A stretch of 13,783 nucleotides of DNA from Thermoproteota archaeon (GTDB lineage Archaea > Korarchaeota > Korarchaeia > Korarchaeales > Korarchaeaceae), in contig JAOZFI010000038.1 of assembly GCA_027491395.1 (NCBI GenBank), positions 1 through 13,783 of the forward strand. The letters are read 5' to 3'. The notes below the pieces were generated by a model that worked only from the letters and a program-made list of their open reading frames with translations, was not told the origin of the DNA and searched no databases. Positions 1 through 7,289 of the stretch are shown here, one piece after another (position 1 is the stretch's first letter; every line of letters begins with the position of its first letter). The position numbers and the translations under genes were made by a program.

Positions 1-473
1 CCCTGAGGGAGGTCCTCTCCAGAGTTGAGAGACTGGTGAACGTGGAGATAAAAGAGGAGAGGGCTGCTGAGAGATGCGTTCAGGTGGTGAGAGAGACTGG
101 CTCCTCAGACCGTGTCCTCTACTCGTCCTTTAACGTTGATGCCCTGAGGAGGGTGAGATCCCTCGACTCTGAAGCGAGGCTCGGCCTCCTTATAGATAGG
201 GAGGAGATGCTCGCCGAGATCCCCTCACTCACCAAGGAGCTGAGGCTTTTCTCCGTGAATGCTCCTGTGGAGGGAGTTGACCTCCTCGGTATTGAGGGCT
301 TCGCCGCTGCATCGGAGATGCTCAGGAGTTTGGGGCTCAGGCTGATATTGTGGGCTGCTAACGATGAGCGCCTCCATCAGCTGCTGCCCGAACTGGCTGG
401 CACTTTCGACGCGGTCATCACCGACGATCCGCCCAAGGCACTGAGGCTGCTGAGGGGCATGGGCCTGAGGTAG
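1..473 (+). CDS. glpQ: Glycerophosphodiester phosphodiesterase (GDPD family), 5'-truncated by the window edge
   Basis: Frame is open from position 3 (LREVLSRVERLVNVEIKE). GDPD motifs: LxEVL...NVEIK, YSSFN, W(A)AND, AVITDDP. Lies directly upstream of the G3P dehydrogenase genes. The ORF-track start at 36 is internal. Confidence 0.88.
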   Translation, partial: LREVLSRVERLVNVEIKEERAAERCVQVVRETGSSDRVLYSSFNVDALRRVRSLDSEARLGLLIDREEMLAEIPSLTKELRLFSVNAPVEGVDLLGIEGFAAASEMLRSLGLRLILWAANDERLHQLLPELAGTFDAVITDDPPKALRLLRGMGLR

Positions 474-489
474 GTTAGGGTTAGGTCCC

Positions 490-1911
490 ATGAGAGTCGC
501 TATCATCGGCGCTGGAATCGTGGGGGCCAGCATAGCTAGGGAGCTTAGCCGGTACGAGGTAGAGGTCCATCTAGTGGAGAGGGAAGCTGACGTCGGTTGG
601 GGAGTGAGCAAGGCGAATACGGGTCTCATCCACGCTGGATACGATGATGACCCGGAAAGATTTCCCAACAGGGCAAGGCTCTGTGTCGAAGGAAACAGGA
701 TCTGGCATAGATGGGTGGAGGAGCTGGACATCCCCCACGCTTGGAGCGGTGCCCTCGTAATAGCTAAGGAAGAGTCGGAGGTGAAGGTGTTAGAGGGGCT
801 CTTGAGGAGGGGCGAGAGGAATAGGGTCCCGGAGCTGAGGATATTGGAGAGGGATGAGGCTCTCTCGATGGAACCTAACTTAGTGAAGGTGGAGGCCGCC
901 CTCTACGCTCCCACCGTCGGTCAGATCTCACCGCCTCAGGCGGTGATCGCGTTGGTGGAGAATGCAGTCGACAACGGGGTGAAGGTGCACCTCGACACGG
1001 AGGTCAGGGGAGTGGAGGTGAGTGGGGAGAAGGTGAGAGGGTTAAGGACTAGCGCGGGATTCTTGGAGGCTGATATCGTGATAAACGCCGCTGGACTATA
1101 CGCTGACGAGATTTCAAGAGAGGTAGGGGCCGATTACTTCGAGATAAGACCGAGAAAGGGTGAATACCTCATATTTGACGAGGATGCTGGTCCTAAGCCA
1201 TCTAGAGTTCTCTTCCCCACCCCCAGCGAGAGGAGCAAGGGAGTCGTGGTCACAACCGAGGTACAGGGCCATCTGATGGTGGGACCGAACGCTCAGGACC
1301 TCCCGAAGGAGGAGAAGGATGACAGGAGCACCACTCCAAAGGGACTGAGAGAGATCTACAAGAAAGCATCAGAGATTTGGCCCCTCCCTCCCCTTAACAA
1401 GGTGATAAGGACCTTCTCCGGTCTGAGGCCGGAGCCAACGGGAGGGGACTTCGTGATCAGGGCTGAGGATGTTTGGGGATTCGTGAACGTAGCTGGCATG
1501 AGGTCTCCAGGGCTGACGGCAGCCCCGGCAGTCGCCAAGGAAGTGGCCAGGATACTTGCGGGGATGGGCATCGACCTGAGGGAGAAGACGAAGTGGAAGG
1601 TCAGGAGGAGGGGGATCCACGGGAATAGAGCCGGTCAGGGAAGGGTGATCTGCCGGTGTAACCTAGTCAGGGAGCCCGAAATAAGGGAGGCAATCAGGAG
1701 GATGAAGCGGATAGGGGTGAAGACCCCGAGCGTGGATTCCGTCAAGTTCAGGACCTCAGCAACCACGGGCACGTGTCAAGGATCCTTCTGCAGGATAGAA
1801 ATAGCTAGTATACTGGCCGAGGAGTTCAACTCTCCACTCTGGGATGTCACTCTGAAGGGAAGGGGAAGCGAACTGGGAGTAGGCGACGTGAAGGTCCTCC
1901 TAAGGCGATAG
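490..1911 (+). CDS. glpA: FAD-dependent glycerol-3-phosphate dehydrogenase (GlpA-like) with C-terminal BFD-like [2Fe-2S] domain
   Basis: GAGIVG Rossmann motif, SKANTGLIHAG, NAAGLYAD, PRKGEY, FSGLRP, GMRSPGLTAAPA. C-terminal CRCN...GTCQGSFC Cys cluster. Context: GDPD upstream, oxidoreductase and DUF1667 downstream. Confidence 0.85.
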   Translation: MRVAIIGAGIVGASIARELSRYEVEVHLVEREADVGWGVSKANTGLIHAGYDDDPERFPNRARLCVEGNRIWHRWVEELDIPHAWSGALVIAKEESEVKVLEGLLRRGERNRVPELRILERDEALSMEPNLVKVEAALYAPTVGQISPPQAVIALVENAVDNGVKVHLDTEVRGVEVSGEKVRGLRTSAGFLEADIVINAAGLYADEISREVGADYFEIRPRKGEYLIFDEDAGPKPSRVLFPTPSERSKGVVVTTEVQGHLMVGPNAQDLPKEEKDDRSTTPKGLREIYKKASEIWPLPPLNKVIRTFSGLRPEPTGGDFVIRAEDVWGFVNVAGMRSPGLTAAPAVAKEVARILAGMGIDLREKTKWKVRRRGIHGNRAGQGRVICRCNLVREPEIREAIRRMKRIGVKTPSVDSVKFRTSATTGTCQGSFCRIEIASILAEEFNSPLWDVTLKGRGSELGVGDVKVLLRR

Positions 1912-1912
1912 C

Positions 1913-3133
1913 ATGATGTACGACGTGGTGGTCGTGGGTGGCGGTCCAGCCGGGCTGGCCGCGGCTTCTGAGTCATCCAAGCTGGGGTTAGGGACCCTCC
2001 TCTTGGACGAGAACCCCAGACTGGGTGGCATACTTCCCCAGTGCATTCATCCCGGATTCGGTCTCCACTGCCTCGGGGAGGACCTGACCGGACCCGAGTT
2101 CGCGCACCGCCTGATCGAGGAGGTAAGGAGGAGCGATGTGGAGGTTAAGACCCAAGCTCATGTCACCTCCTTAGCGATGAGATCCGACCTGGTCAAGGAG
2201 GTTACCTACGCATCGCCTCAGGGCACCGAGGCTGTGCAGGCCAAGGCGGTGATTTACGCTGCGGGGGCGAGGGAGAGGCACAGGTTCGAGGTGGGGATAG
2301 CAGGCGACAGGGTGGCTGGCATCTACACCGCAGGAGAGGCCCAAGCTATGATGGACCTCTACGGGGTCATGCCCGGGAGGAGGGTCGTCATCGTAGGCTC
2401 CGGGGACGTGGGCCTGATAATGGCGAGGAGGTTCGCCCTTGAGGGGGCGGAGGTGGTTGGCGTCGTGGAGATGCTGCCATACCCCGGTGGGTTGGCGAGG
2501 AACCTCATGATCCTCAGGGACTTCGACATACCCCTTTACCTGAGCCACAAGGTGACGGAGGTCAGGGGGAGGGGCAGGGTCGAGCGAGTTAAAGTGGTGA
2601 GGGTCGATGAAGAGCTGAGGGAGACTGGCGAGGGCTTCTGGATGGAGTGCGACACCCTCCTCATATCCGCTGGCCTAGTTCCCAGAGTTAAGATCCTGAG
2701 GAGGGCCGGAGCGATAATCGATCCCGCCACCGGCGGGCCGGTGGTCAACGACAGGCTTGAAACCACATTGCCTGGAGTGTTCGCCGCAGGCAACTCCCTG
2801 ATCATAAATGATCTGGTGGATTACGCCGTTGAGCAGGGGAGGACTGCGGCTAAAGGTGCCGGGGAGTTCGTCAGAGGGAATGGTATCCCGACTAGGAGGT
2901 GGATCAGGGTCAGGAGAGAGGGGAATGTCAGGTTCGTCGTCCCTCACATGCTGGGAGGAGACAGGGATGTCTGGCTCTACACCAGGGTGTCGAGGCCTGT
3001 GGAGGACGCGCTGGTGGAGGTACCCGAGATCGGTCTGAGGAGGAAGGTGCCGGTGCTTAAACCGTCTGAGATGCTCAGGCTCAGGATCAAGGCGGAAGTT
3101 GAGGGAGGAAGGGTCACGCTGGTGATTAAATGA
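1913..3133 (+). CDS. NAD(P)/FAD-dependent oxidoreductase (NADH oxidase-like partner of the G3P dehydrogenase)
   Basis: GGGPAG FAD motif, GGILPQCIHPGFG, LTGPEF, GARER, GSGDVG NAD(P) motif, GVFAAGN. Starts 1 nt after the previous stop. Confidence 0.88.
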   Translation: MMYDVVVVGGGPAGLAAASESSKLGLGTLLLDENPRLGGILPQCIHPGFGLHCLGEDLTGPEFAHRLIEEVRRSDVEVKTQAHVTSLAMRSDLVKEVTYASPQGTEAVQAKAVIYAAGARERHRFEVGIAGDRVAGIYTAGEAQAMMDLYGVMPGRRVVIVGSGDVGLIMARRFALEGAEVVGVVEMLPYPGGLARNLMILRDFDIPLYLSHKVTEVRGRGRVERVKVVRVDEELRETGEGFWMECDTLLISAGLVPRVKILRRAGAIIDPATGGPVVNDRLETTLPGVFAAGNSLIINDLVDYAVEQGRTAAKGAGEFVRGNGIPTRRWIRVRREGNVRFVVPHMLGGDRDVWLYTRVSRPVEDALVEVPEIGLRRKVPVLKPSEMLRLRIKAEVEGGRVTLVIK

Positions 3134-3513
3134 CGGTCTACAAGCTTACTTGCGTGATATGCCCGCTCAGCTGCTCCGTCGAAGTGGAGGTAGAGGGAAA
3201 CAGGGTAAAGGATGTGAGGGGATTCAGCTGTACCCGGGGGAAGGAGTGGGCCGTGGAGGAGGTCCTGTCCCCTAAGAGGGTGGTCATGACAGTAATACAG
3301 GTGAGAGGTGGTAAGGAGCCCGTTGTCAGCGTGAAGACCGATTCCCCCATCCCCAAGGAAAGGATCCGTGAGTTAATGAGTTACCTAGCCACATTGGAGG
3401 TTGAGGCCCCCATCTCCATAGGTCAAGTGGTGGTAGAGCATCCTCTGGGCTTGAAGACCAAGATTGTAGCGACTGGGAGTGTAGAAGCTGTTGAAACGCG
3501 CGGGCACGCGTAG
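3130..3513 (+). CDS. DUF1667-family Cys-rich (Fe-S/metal-binding) small subunit of the G3P dehydrogenase cluster
   Basis: TCVICPLSC...GFSCTRG, then PKRVVMT, VVSVKTDSPIPKE, APISIGQVV. ATGA overlap with the previous stop indicates translational coupling. Confidence 0.85.
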   Translation: MTVYKLTCVICPLSCSVEVEVEGNRVKDVRGFSCTRGKEWAVEEVLSPKRVVMTVIQVRGGKEPVVSVKTDSPIPKERIRELMSYLATLEVEAPISIGQVVVEHPLGLKTKIVATGSVEAVETRGHA

Positions 3514-3780
3514 CTATGATAAGTGGATCGCCCATACTAGTCGGGTCGGCAGGTTTCGAGATGTGAGAGTATCGATCCCCTAAGTCTTAGGTTTAGGAGT
3601 GAATCAAATTTCTCGCGAGTTGACCTTATTTCTCCCCAGCGATCGCTTGTATGAATTCGAGTTCTCAGTCCACCCCTGTAAGGGTATTATCAGGTTGTTC
3701 AACTGTGCGGTCGAGGGGGGCTAGGTAGCTATTGAGTGAGGAGAGGGATGGGACGAGTGCTCCAATGGTTGAGCGAGGAT

Positions 3781-3795
3781 GCCTTAGCGTAAGGC
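3781..3795. terminator. Short perfect hairpin GCCTTA-GCG-TAAGGC just downstream of the ABC permease stop, between convergent operons
   Basis: 6-bp inverted repeat seen directly. A terminator role is only inferred from position; there is no clear U-tract. Confidence 0.2.
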
Positions 3796-3804
3796 CCTCT
3801 TGAG

Positions 3805-4587
3805 TCACTCTAGCAGGTACCTGATGCCGTGAAACAATCTCGGCAGCGCAAGAATCATGATCGCATCTATGCCCCCCAACAGAAGCGATGCCAAGATCAG
3901 CGCCTCAGCGTTAACCGCTACGCCCCAGAAGACTTGGGCCAACACCACGATCAGTAGAGGGACTATGAGGATACCAGCGCCCTGCTGAGCCTCCTTCACG
4001 CTCCTCACCTTGGAGGAGAGAGCGCACGTTATCGCGACCGCCAAGAAGGAGTACAGGGGGGATATGATGAATACGACGATGATCCATTCGGGCCCGGGAG
4101 GGAACCACGGACCGTTGAATATGTCAGAGGACAGGAGGTTCACCGTGGGAACCATCAGCAGGAAAGTCGTCCAAGAAGAGACGACTCCGGGAACGAGGGC
4201 GGCGAGCACCTTCCCTAGGAGGAGCTCCCTCTCGTCAAGGGGAGCGGCAAGCAGTAGTTCTAGAGTGCCTCTCTCCCTCTCCCCCGCGAACCCATCGGCG
4301 GCGAGTATGGTGGATACTGCTAGGGGGATAACTAAGAAGATGAGAGGCACGACAGCCTGGAATGCGAAGTAGAGGGACCTAGCCAAGTCCCCTTCCACCC
4401 TTATCGGGAGGGGTATGTTGACTGGGATGAACACCTCACCAGTCGCCTTGGCCGCGTATATCAGGATGGCTGGCAGTGCGATTCCGAAGTAGGCGACGAG
4501 AAAGACTGAGGGGGCGACCATCCACATCCCCCTCATGGCCTCTCTCCAATCCTTCCTAGCCACTGCTAGAATCCTGCCCCACTTCAT
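3805..4587 (-). CDS. ABC-2 type exporter permease
   Basis: About 6 hydrophobic segments. VARKDWRE N-terminal motif, AGERERGTLELLLAAPL...LLGKVLA, SSKVRSVKEAQQ. Overlaps the 3' end of the ATPase gene by 32 nt. Confidence 0.92.
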   Translation of the reverse strand: MKWGRILAVARKDWREAMRGMWMVAPSVFLVAYFGIALPAILIYAAKATGEVFIPVNIPLPIRVEGDLARSLYFAFQAVVPLIFLVIPLAVSTILAADGFAGERERGTLELLLAAPLDERELLLGKVLAALVPGVVSSWTTFLLMVPTVNLLSSDIFNGPWFPPGPEWIIVVFIISPLYSFLAVAITCALSSKVRSVKEAQQGAGILIVPLLIVVLAQVFWGVAVNAEALILASLLLGGIDAIMILALPRLFHGIRYLLE

Positions 4588-5491
4588 CTCTGACCACCCT
4601 CGCGAAGAGCTCCTCCAGCTCGGGCCTCACCACGCTGATCTCGAGGATACGTCCTCCGGCCCTGACGACAGCCTCGCTGATCGCGGGAACCGTTCTCTCG
4701 GGATCCATGACCTCTATCAAGATCTCCCCATCCCTCCGCTCTAAGGTAATGACGCCGTAAACCGATTGAATGGCTTCCAGCACCTCTTTCCTTGCCTCAT
4801 CTAGCAGCAACCTGACCCTAGGAGGCCCCATGAACTTCGTGGACAGTTCATCCACCGATCCCAGTGCTAGGAGCCTAGTGTTGATCATTGCAACTCTGTG
4901 ACAGAGTTGCTGGACCTCCCAGAGGTTGTGGGAGCTTAGCAGGATCGTCCTGCCCTGAGAGGAGAGATCCTGTATCAGGGACCTCATCACTCCAGCACTC
5001 ATGGGATCCAAGCCCGATGTGGGCTCATCCAACAGGAGGACCAGGGGATCGTGCAGCAGGGCCCTGACTATCGAAACCCTCTGCTTCAAACCCTTGGATA
5101 GCTTGGAAACTGGTTCTTCAGCTCTATCTTGGATCTCCAGCTTGTTAAGGAGCTCCTTTATCTTTAGCACCGGTTCCTCGACCTCGTAAAGGCGAGCGAA
5201 GAAGAGAAGGTTCTCCATAACTGTGAGCCTCTCGTACAGGGAGATCCTCTCGGGTAAGAGGCCGACGCTGGCCTTCACCGATAGGGGATCTTCGACCACT
5301 TCGTGGCCGTTTACCACTATTCTCCCGGAGTCCGGTGGGATAATGCAGGCGAGTATCCTTATTGTGGTCGTCTTTCCGGCTCCGTTGGGCCCTAAAAGTC
5401 CGAATATCTCTCCTCTCCGCACGGAGAAACTCAGGTCTTGGGCTGCAACCTTCTCCCCGTAGGCCTTGGTGAGGCCGTGCACCTCTATCAC
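4556..5491 (-). CDS. ABC-2 type (multidrug/peptide) exporter ATP-binding subunit
   Basis: Walker A GPNGAGKTT, signature LSKGLKQ, Walker B LLLLDEP, H-loop SSH, C-terminal ...PELEELF domain. GTG start preceded by AGGTGG RBS. Confidence 0.95.
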   Translation of the reverse strand: MIEVHGLTKAYGEKVAAQDLSFSVRRGEIFGLLGPNGAGKTTTIRILACIIPPDSGRIVVNGHEVVEDPLSVKASVGLLPERISLYERLTVMENLLFFARLYEVEEPVLKIKELLNKLEIQDRAEEPVSKLSKGLKQRVSIVRALLHDPLVLLLDEPTSGLDPMSAGVMRSLIQDLSSQGRTILLSSHNLWEVQQLCHRVAMINTRLLALGSVDELSTKFMGPPRVRLLLDEARKEVLEAIQSVYGVITLERRDGEILIEVMDPERTVPAISEAVVRAGGRILEISVVRPELEELFARVVRDEVGQDSSSG

Positions 5492-5497
5492 ATTGCC

Positions 5498-5520
5498 ACC
5501 TACTACATTATGTAGTAGGT
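5498..5520. promoter_or_regulatory. Operator 1 (ACCTACTACAT-T-ATGTAGTAGGT), putative BlaI-family binding site over the ABC exporter transcription start
   Basis: Perfect inverted repeat with 11-bp arms. Core TACTAC-N5-GTAGTA at 5501-5517. Lies between the minus-strand TATA box and the GTG start. Confidence 0.85.
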
Positions 5521-5529
5521 TATATATAT
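5520..5529 (-). promoter_or_regulatory. Archaeal TATA box for the ABC exporter operon
   Basis: Minus strand reads ATATATATAA, about 30 nt upstream of the GTG at 5491. Confidence 0.65.
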
Positions 5530-5564
5530 CGTTTCGTGATAGGGGTCAAAAGCAAATGCGATGA

Positions 5565-5570
5565 TTTAAA
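5565..5570 (+). promoter_or_regulatory. Archaeal TATA box (TTTAAA) for the blaI-protease operon, probably giving a leaderless transcript
   Basis: TTTAAA lies 21-26 nt upstream of ATG 5591. No RBS is visible before the ATG. Confidence 0.6.
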
Positions 5571-5574
5571 TTGC

Positions 5575-5591
5575 TACTACGTCATGTAGTA
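5575..5591. promoter_or_regulatory. Operator 2 (TACTAC-GTCAT-GTAGTA), putative autoregulatory BlaI site
   Basis: Same TACTAC-N5-GTAGTA core as operator 1. Its last base is the A of the repressor ATG. Confidence 0.85.
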
Positions 5592-5983
5592 TGATGGGCA
5601 GGGAGCCCCTCGAACCTAAAGTGATGGAGATACTCTTCCGAAAGGGAGAGGCGACGGTACGGGAGATTCTCGAGGAGATAAACAGGGACAAGGAGAGAAA
5701 GCTTTCGCTCACTACCGTTAGCACCGTGGTATCTAGGTTATACAGGAAAGGGCTCCTGCTCAGGGAGAGCGCGAGGGGAAGAGGAGGCACTTACTACATC
5801 TATAGGCCCGCGGTTACCCGTGAGGAGTATGAGCGCATGATGGTGAGAGAAGCTGTAGACAGGCTTTCCCGCATCTTGGGAAAGGTAGCACTACTCAGGT
5901 TCGTCGAGGAAAGCACCAGTCGGCTCGATGAGGAGGAGCTTAGGGAACTGTTGAGGAGGATCGAGGAGAGGGTGGAGAAGTGA
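5591..5983 (+). CDS. blaI: BlaI/MecI/CopY-family winged-helix transcriptional repressor
   Basis: LEPKVMEILF...ATVREI...LSLTTVSTVVSRLYRKGLL.R...YIYRPAVTREEY, followed by a helical dimerisation tail. Coupled to a downstream Zn protease. The symbol is a family-level call. Confidence 0.9.
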   Translation: MMGREPLEPKVMEILFRKGEATVREILEEINRDKERKLSLTTVSTVVSRLYRKGLLLRESARGRGGTYYIYRPAVTREEYERMMVREAVDRLSRILGKVALLRFVEESTSRLDEEELRELLRRIEERVEK

Positions 5984-6681
5984 TTGTTTATGTCTTGGTC
6001 ACATCGGGAGTGCTGTTATTACTCTCTCTGGAACTCAGATCGTGGATCTTGCTTCTCTCCTCCCTAGCTACAGCTTCCCTACCACTGATGGGAATCTTGG
6101 TGGGTCGGATGGTACTCTCTACCTTGAGGATAAGTTGGTTACCCCATGATCACGAACTTCACCGGATTCTAGAGGGGATCGCCCCTCCAAGGTGGAGGGT
6201 GAGGCTGGGGATAAGGCCAGGTCCTCCAGATGCCTTTGCTGCTCAGGTAGGAGTCAGGAGCGGTGCCATCGTATTGACCCATGGCATGCTGGATCTATTA
6301 AGCGAGGAAGAGTTAAAGGCTGTGCTGGCCCATGAGATGTGCCATCTGGTGGAACACCACCCGATGATAAGGATCGCAGCCCTAGCACTCAGCCTGATGA
6401 ATATTCCAGTCGGGACCATAATGGGCGCCGCCCTGTCGAGGAGGCTCGAGTACAGGGCCGACGAGTTCTCCGTATTTGTCACCGGAAGGCCCCACCACCT
6501 TGCGTCCGCTCTTGTGAAAGTGGCAGCCACTAAGACCGGAAATCCCTTCCTAGTAGCAGGATTCACCCCCTCGCTAAGGGGAATTCTCGGCTTGTTCTCT
6601 TGGAGTCCCTCCTTAAAGAGCCGATTGAGAAGGATTGAACATGTGGCACGCAAACTATCCACTGGGACGATCTCAATCTGA
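5980..6681 (+). CDS. Membrane Zn-metalloprotease, M48/M56 (BlaR1/HtpX-like), without a penicillin-binding sensor domain
   Basis: N-terminal hydrophobic segments, PDAFA, AIVLTHG, LSEEELKAVLAHEMCH (HExxH), LEYRADE, LASALVKV, PSLKSRLRRI. GTGA overlap with the blaI stop. Confidence 0.85.
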   Translation: MIVYVLVTSGVLLLLSLELRSWILLLSSLATASLPLMGILVGRMVLSTLRISWLPHDHELHRILEGIAPPRWRVRLGIRPGPPDAFAAQVGVRSGAIVLTHGMLDLLSEEELKAVLAHEMCHLVEHHPMIRIAALALSLMNIPVGTIMGAALSRRLEYRADEFSVFVTGRPHHLASALVKVAATKTGNPFLVAGFTPSLRGILGLFSWSPSLKSRLRRIEHVARKLSTGTISI

Positions 6682-6743
6682 GAGTATAATGTCCTATCCC
6701 CTTTCCAGCCAGATATGTGGAGAGAATCGTACCACCCTCTTGG

Positions 6744-6750
6744 TTTATAA
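6744..6750 (+). promoter_or_regulatory. TATA box (TTTATAA) upstream of the disrupted gene; AGGTG RBS at 6771-6775
   Basis: Spacing is about 30 nt to TTG 6781, with the RBS 5 nt before it. Confidence 0.5.
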
Positions 6751-6809
6751 GGCGCACTCGGAGAGATAGAAGGTGCTCTTTTGTTATCGAGCGAGATGGT
6801 ATTTGTTAG

Positions 6810-6829
6810 ACCACTTCTTACCACTTCTT
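6810..6829 (+). repeat. Perfect 10-bp tandem duplication ACCACTTCTT x2
   Basis: Seen directly. It shifts the reading frame of the 6781-7448 gene. Confidence 0.85.
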
Positions 6830-7188
6830 TTCGCAAAGAAGTCGAAACTTGTAGGATATAAGGATCCATGCTCCGGACAGAAGGTTTCGAGGGAAGATCT
6901 CGCCACCAAAGTCATCATGGCTGCCCTCCAATGGTTGACGAGGGAAGAAGCTCTGACCATCAGTTACATAGACAGGAAGGAGAAGGTCTCCTCCTGAGTA
7001 GAAGGGTAAGGGTACATGAGATATCGAGGAAGAGGGACATTCAGGTGGATGGACTCGAGGGAGAACTGCACAGGCTTAGTGAAGGAGAGGTCATGTTGAA
7101 GGACGTGATCTCCTCTCTAGTGGAAGGTAAGAGCGATTTCCCGCACTCGAGGGTCCTAGCTAGGGTGGAGAGGAGCCTAGAGAGGAAG

Positions 7189-7289
7189 GGTTTCGGGAGA
7201 TACAAGGGCAGGATATTAAAGATGAAGGTATCTGCAACGGGGTTGTAGAAGGTCCAGGTTTCGGGAGATACAAGGGCGGGATATTAAAG
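7189..7289 (+). repeat. 33-bp direct repeat pair (32/33 identical) flanking a 35-bp unique insert; CRISPR-like repeat-spacer-repeat
   Basis: 7189-7221 GGTTTCGGGAGATACAAGGGCAGGATATTAAAG and 7257-7289 GGTTTCGGGAGATACAAGGGCGGGATATTAAAG. Insert 7222-7256 ATGAAGGTATCTGCAACGGGGTTGTAGAAGGTCCA. Confidence refers to the repeat structure, not to a CRISPR origin. Confidence 0.92.

Noticed and set aside
468-487. Short (T)TAGG iterations (AGGTAGGTTAGGGTTAGGT) between GDPD and the dehydrogenase
   Set aside because: Only three imperfect units in a short spacer, explainable by the stop codon plus RBS-like sequence.
225-3535. Several 66-168 aa alternate-frame or antisense ORFs over the glycerol operon
   Set aside because: They overlap strongly supported + strand genes and have Pro/Ser/Arg-rich shadow composition.
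3911-5790. Small ORFs overlapping the ABC genes and blaI (e.g. 4010-4372, 5223-5462, 5566-5790)
   Set aside because: Antisense or alternate-frame shadows of confidently identified genes.
6243-6869. 208-aa minus-strand ORF
   Set aside because: Antisense shadow of the well-supported HExxH protease gene, with no recognisable motifs.
7189-7289. Calling this a bona fide CRISPR array
   Set aside because: Only two repeats, no leader or cas genes in view, and the repeat is in-frame coding sequence. Kept as a repeat feature with a hypothesis about its origin.
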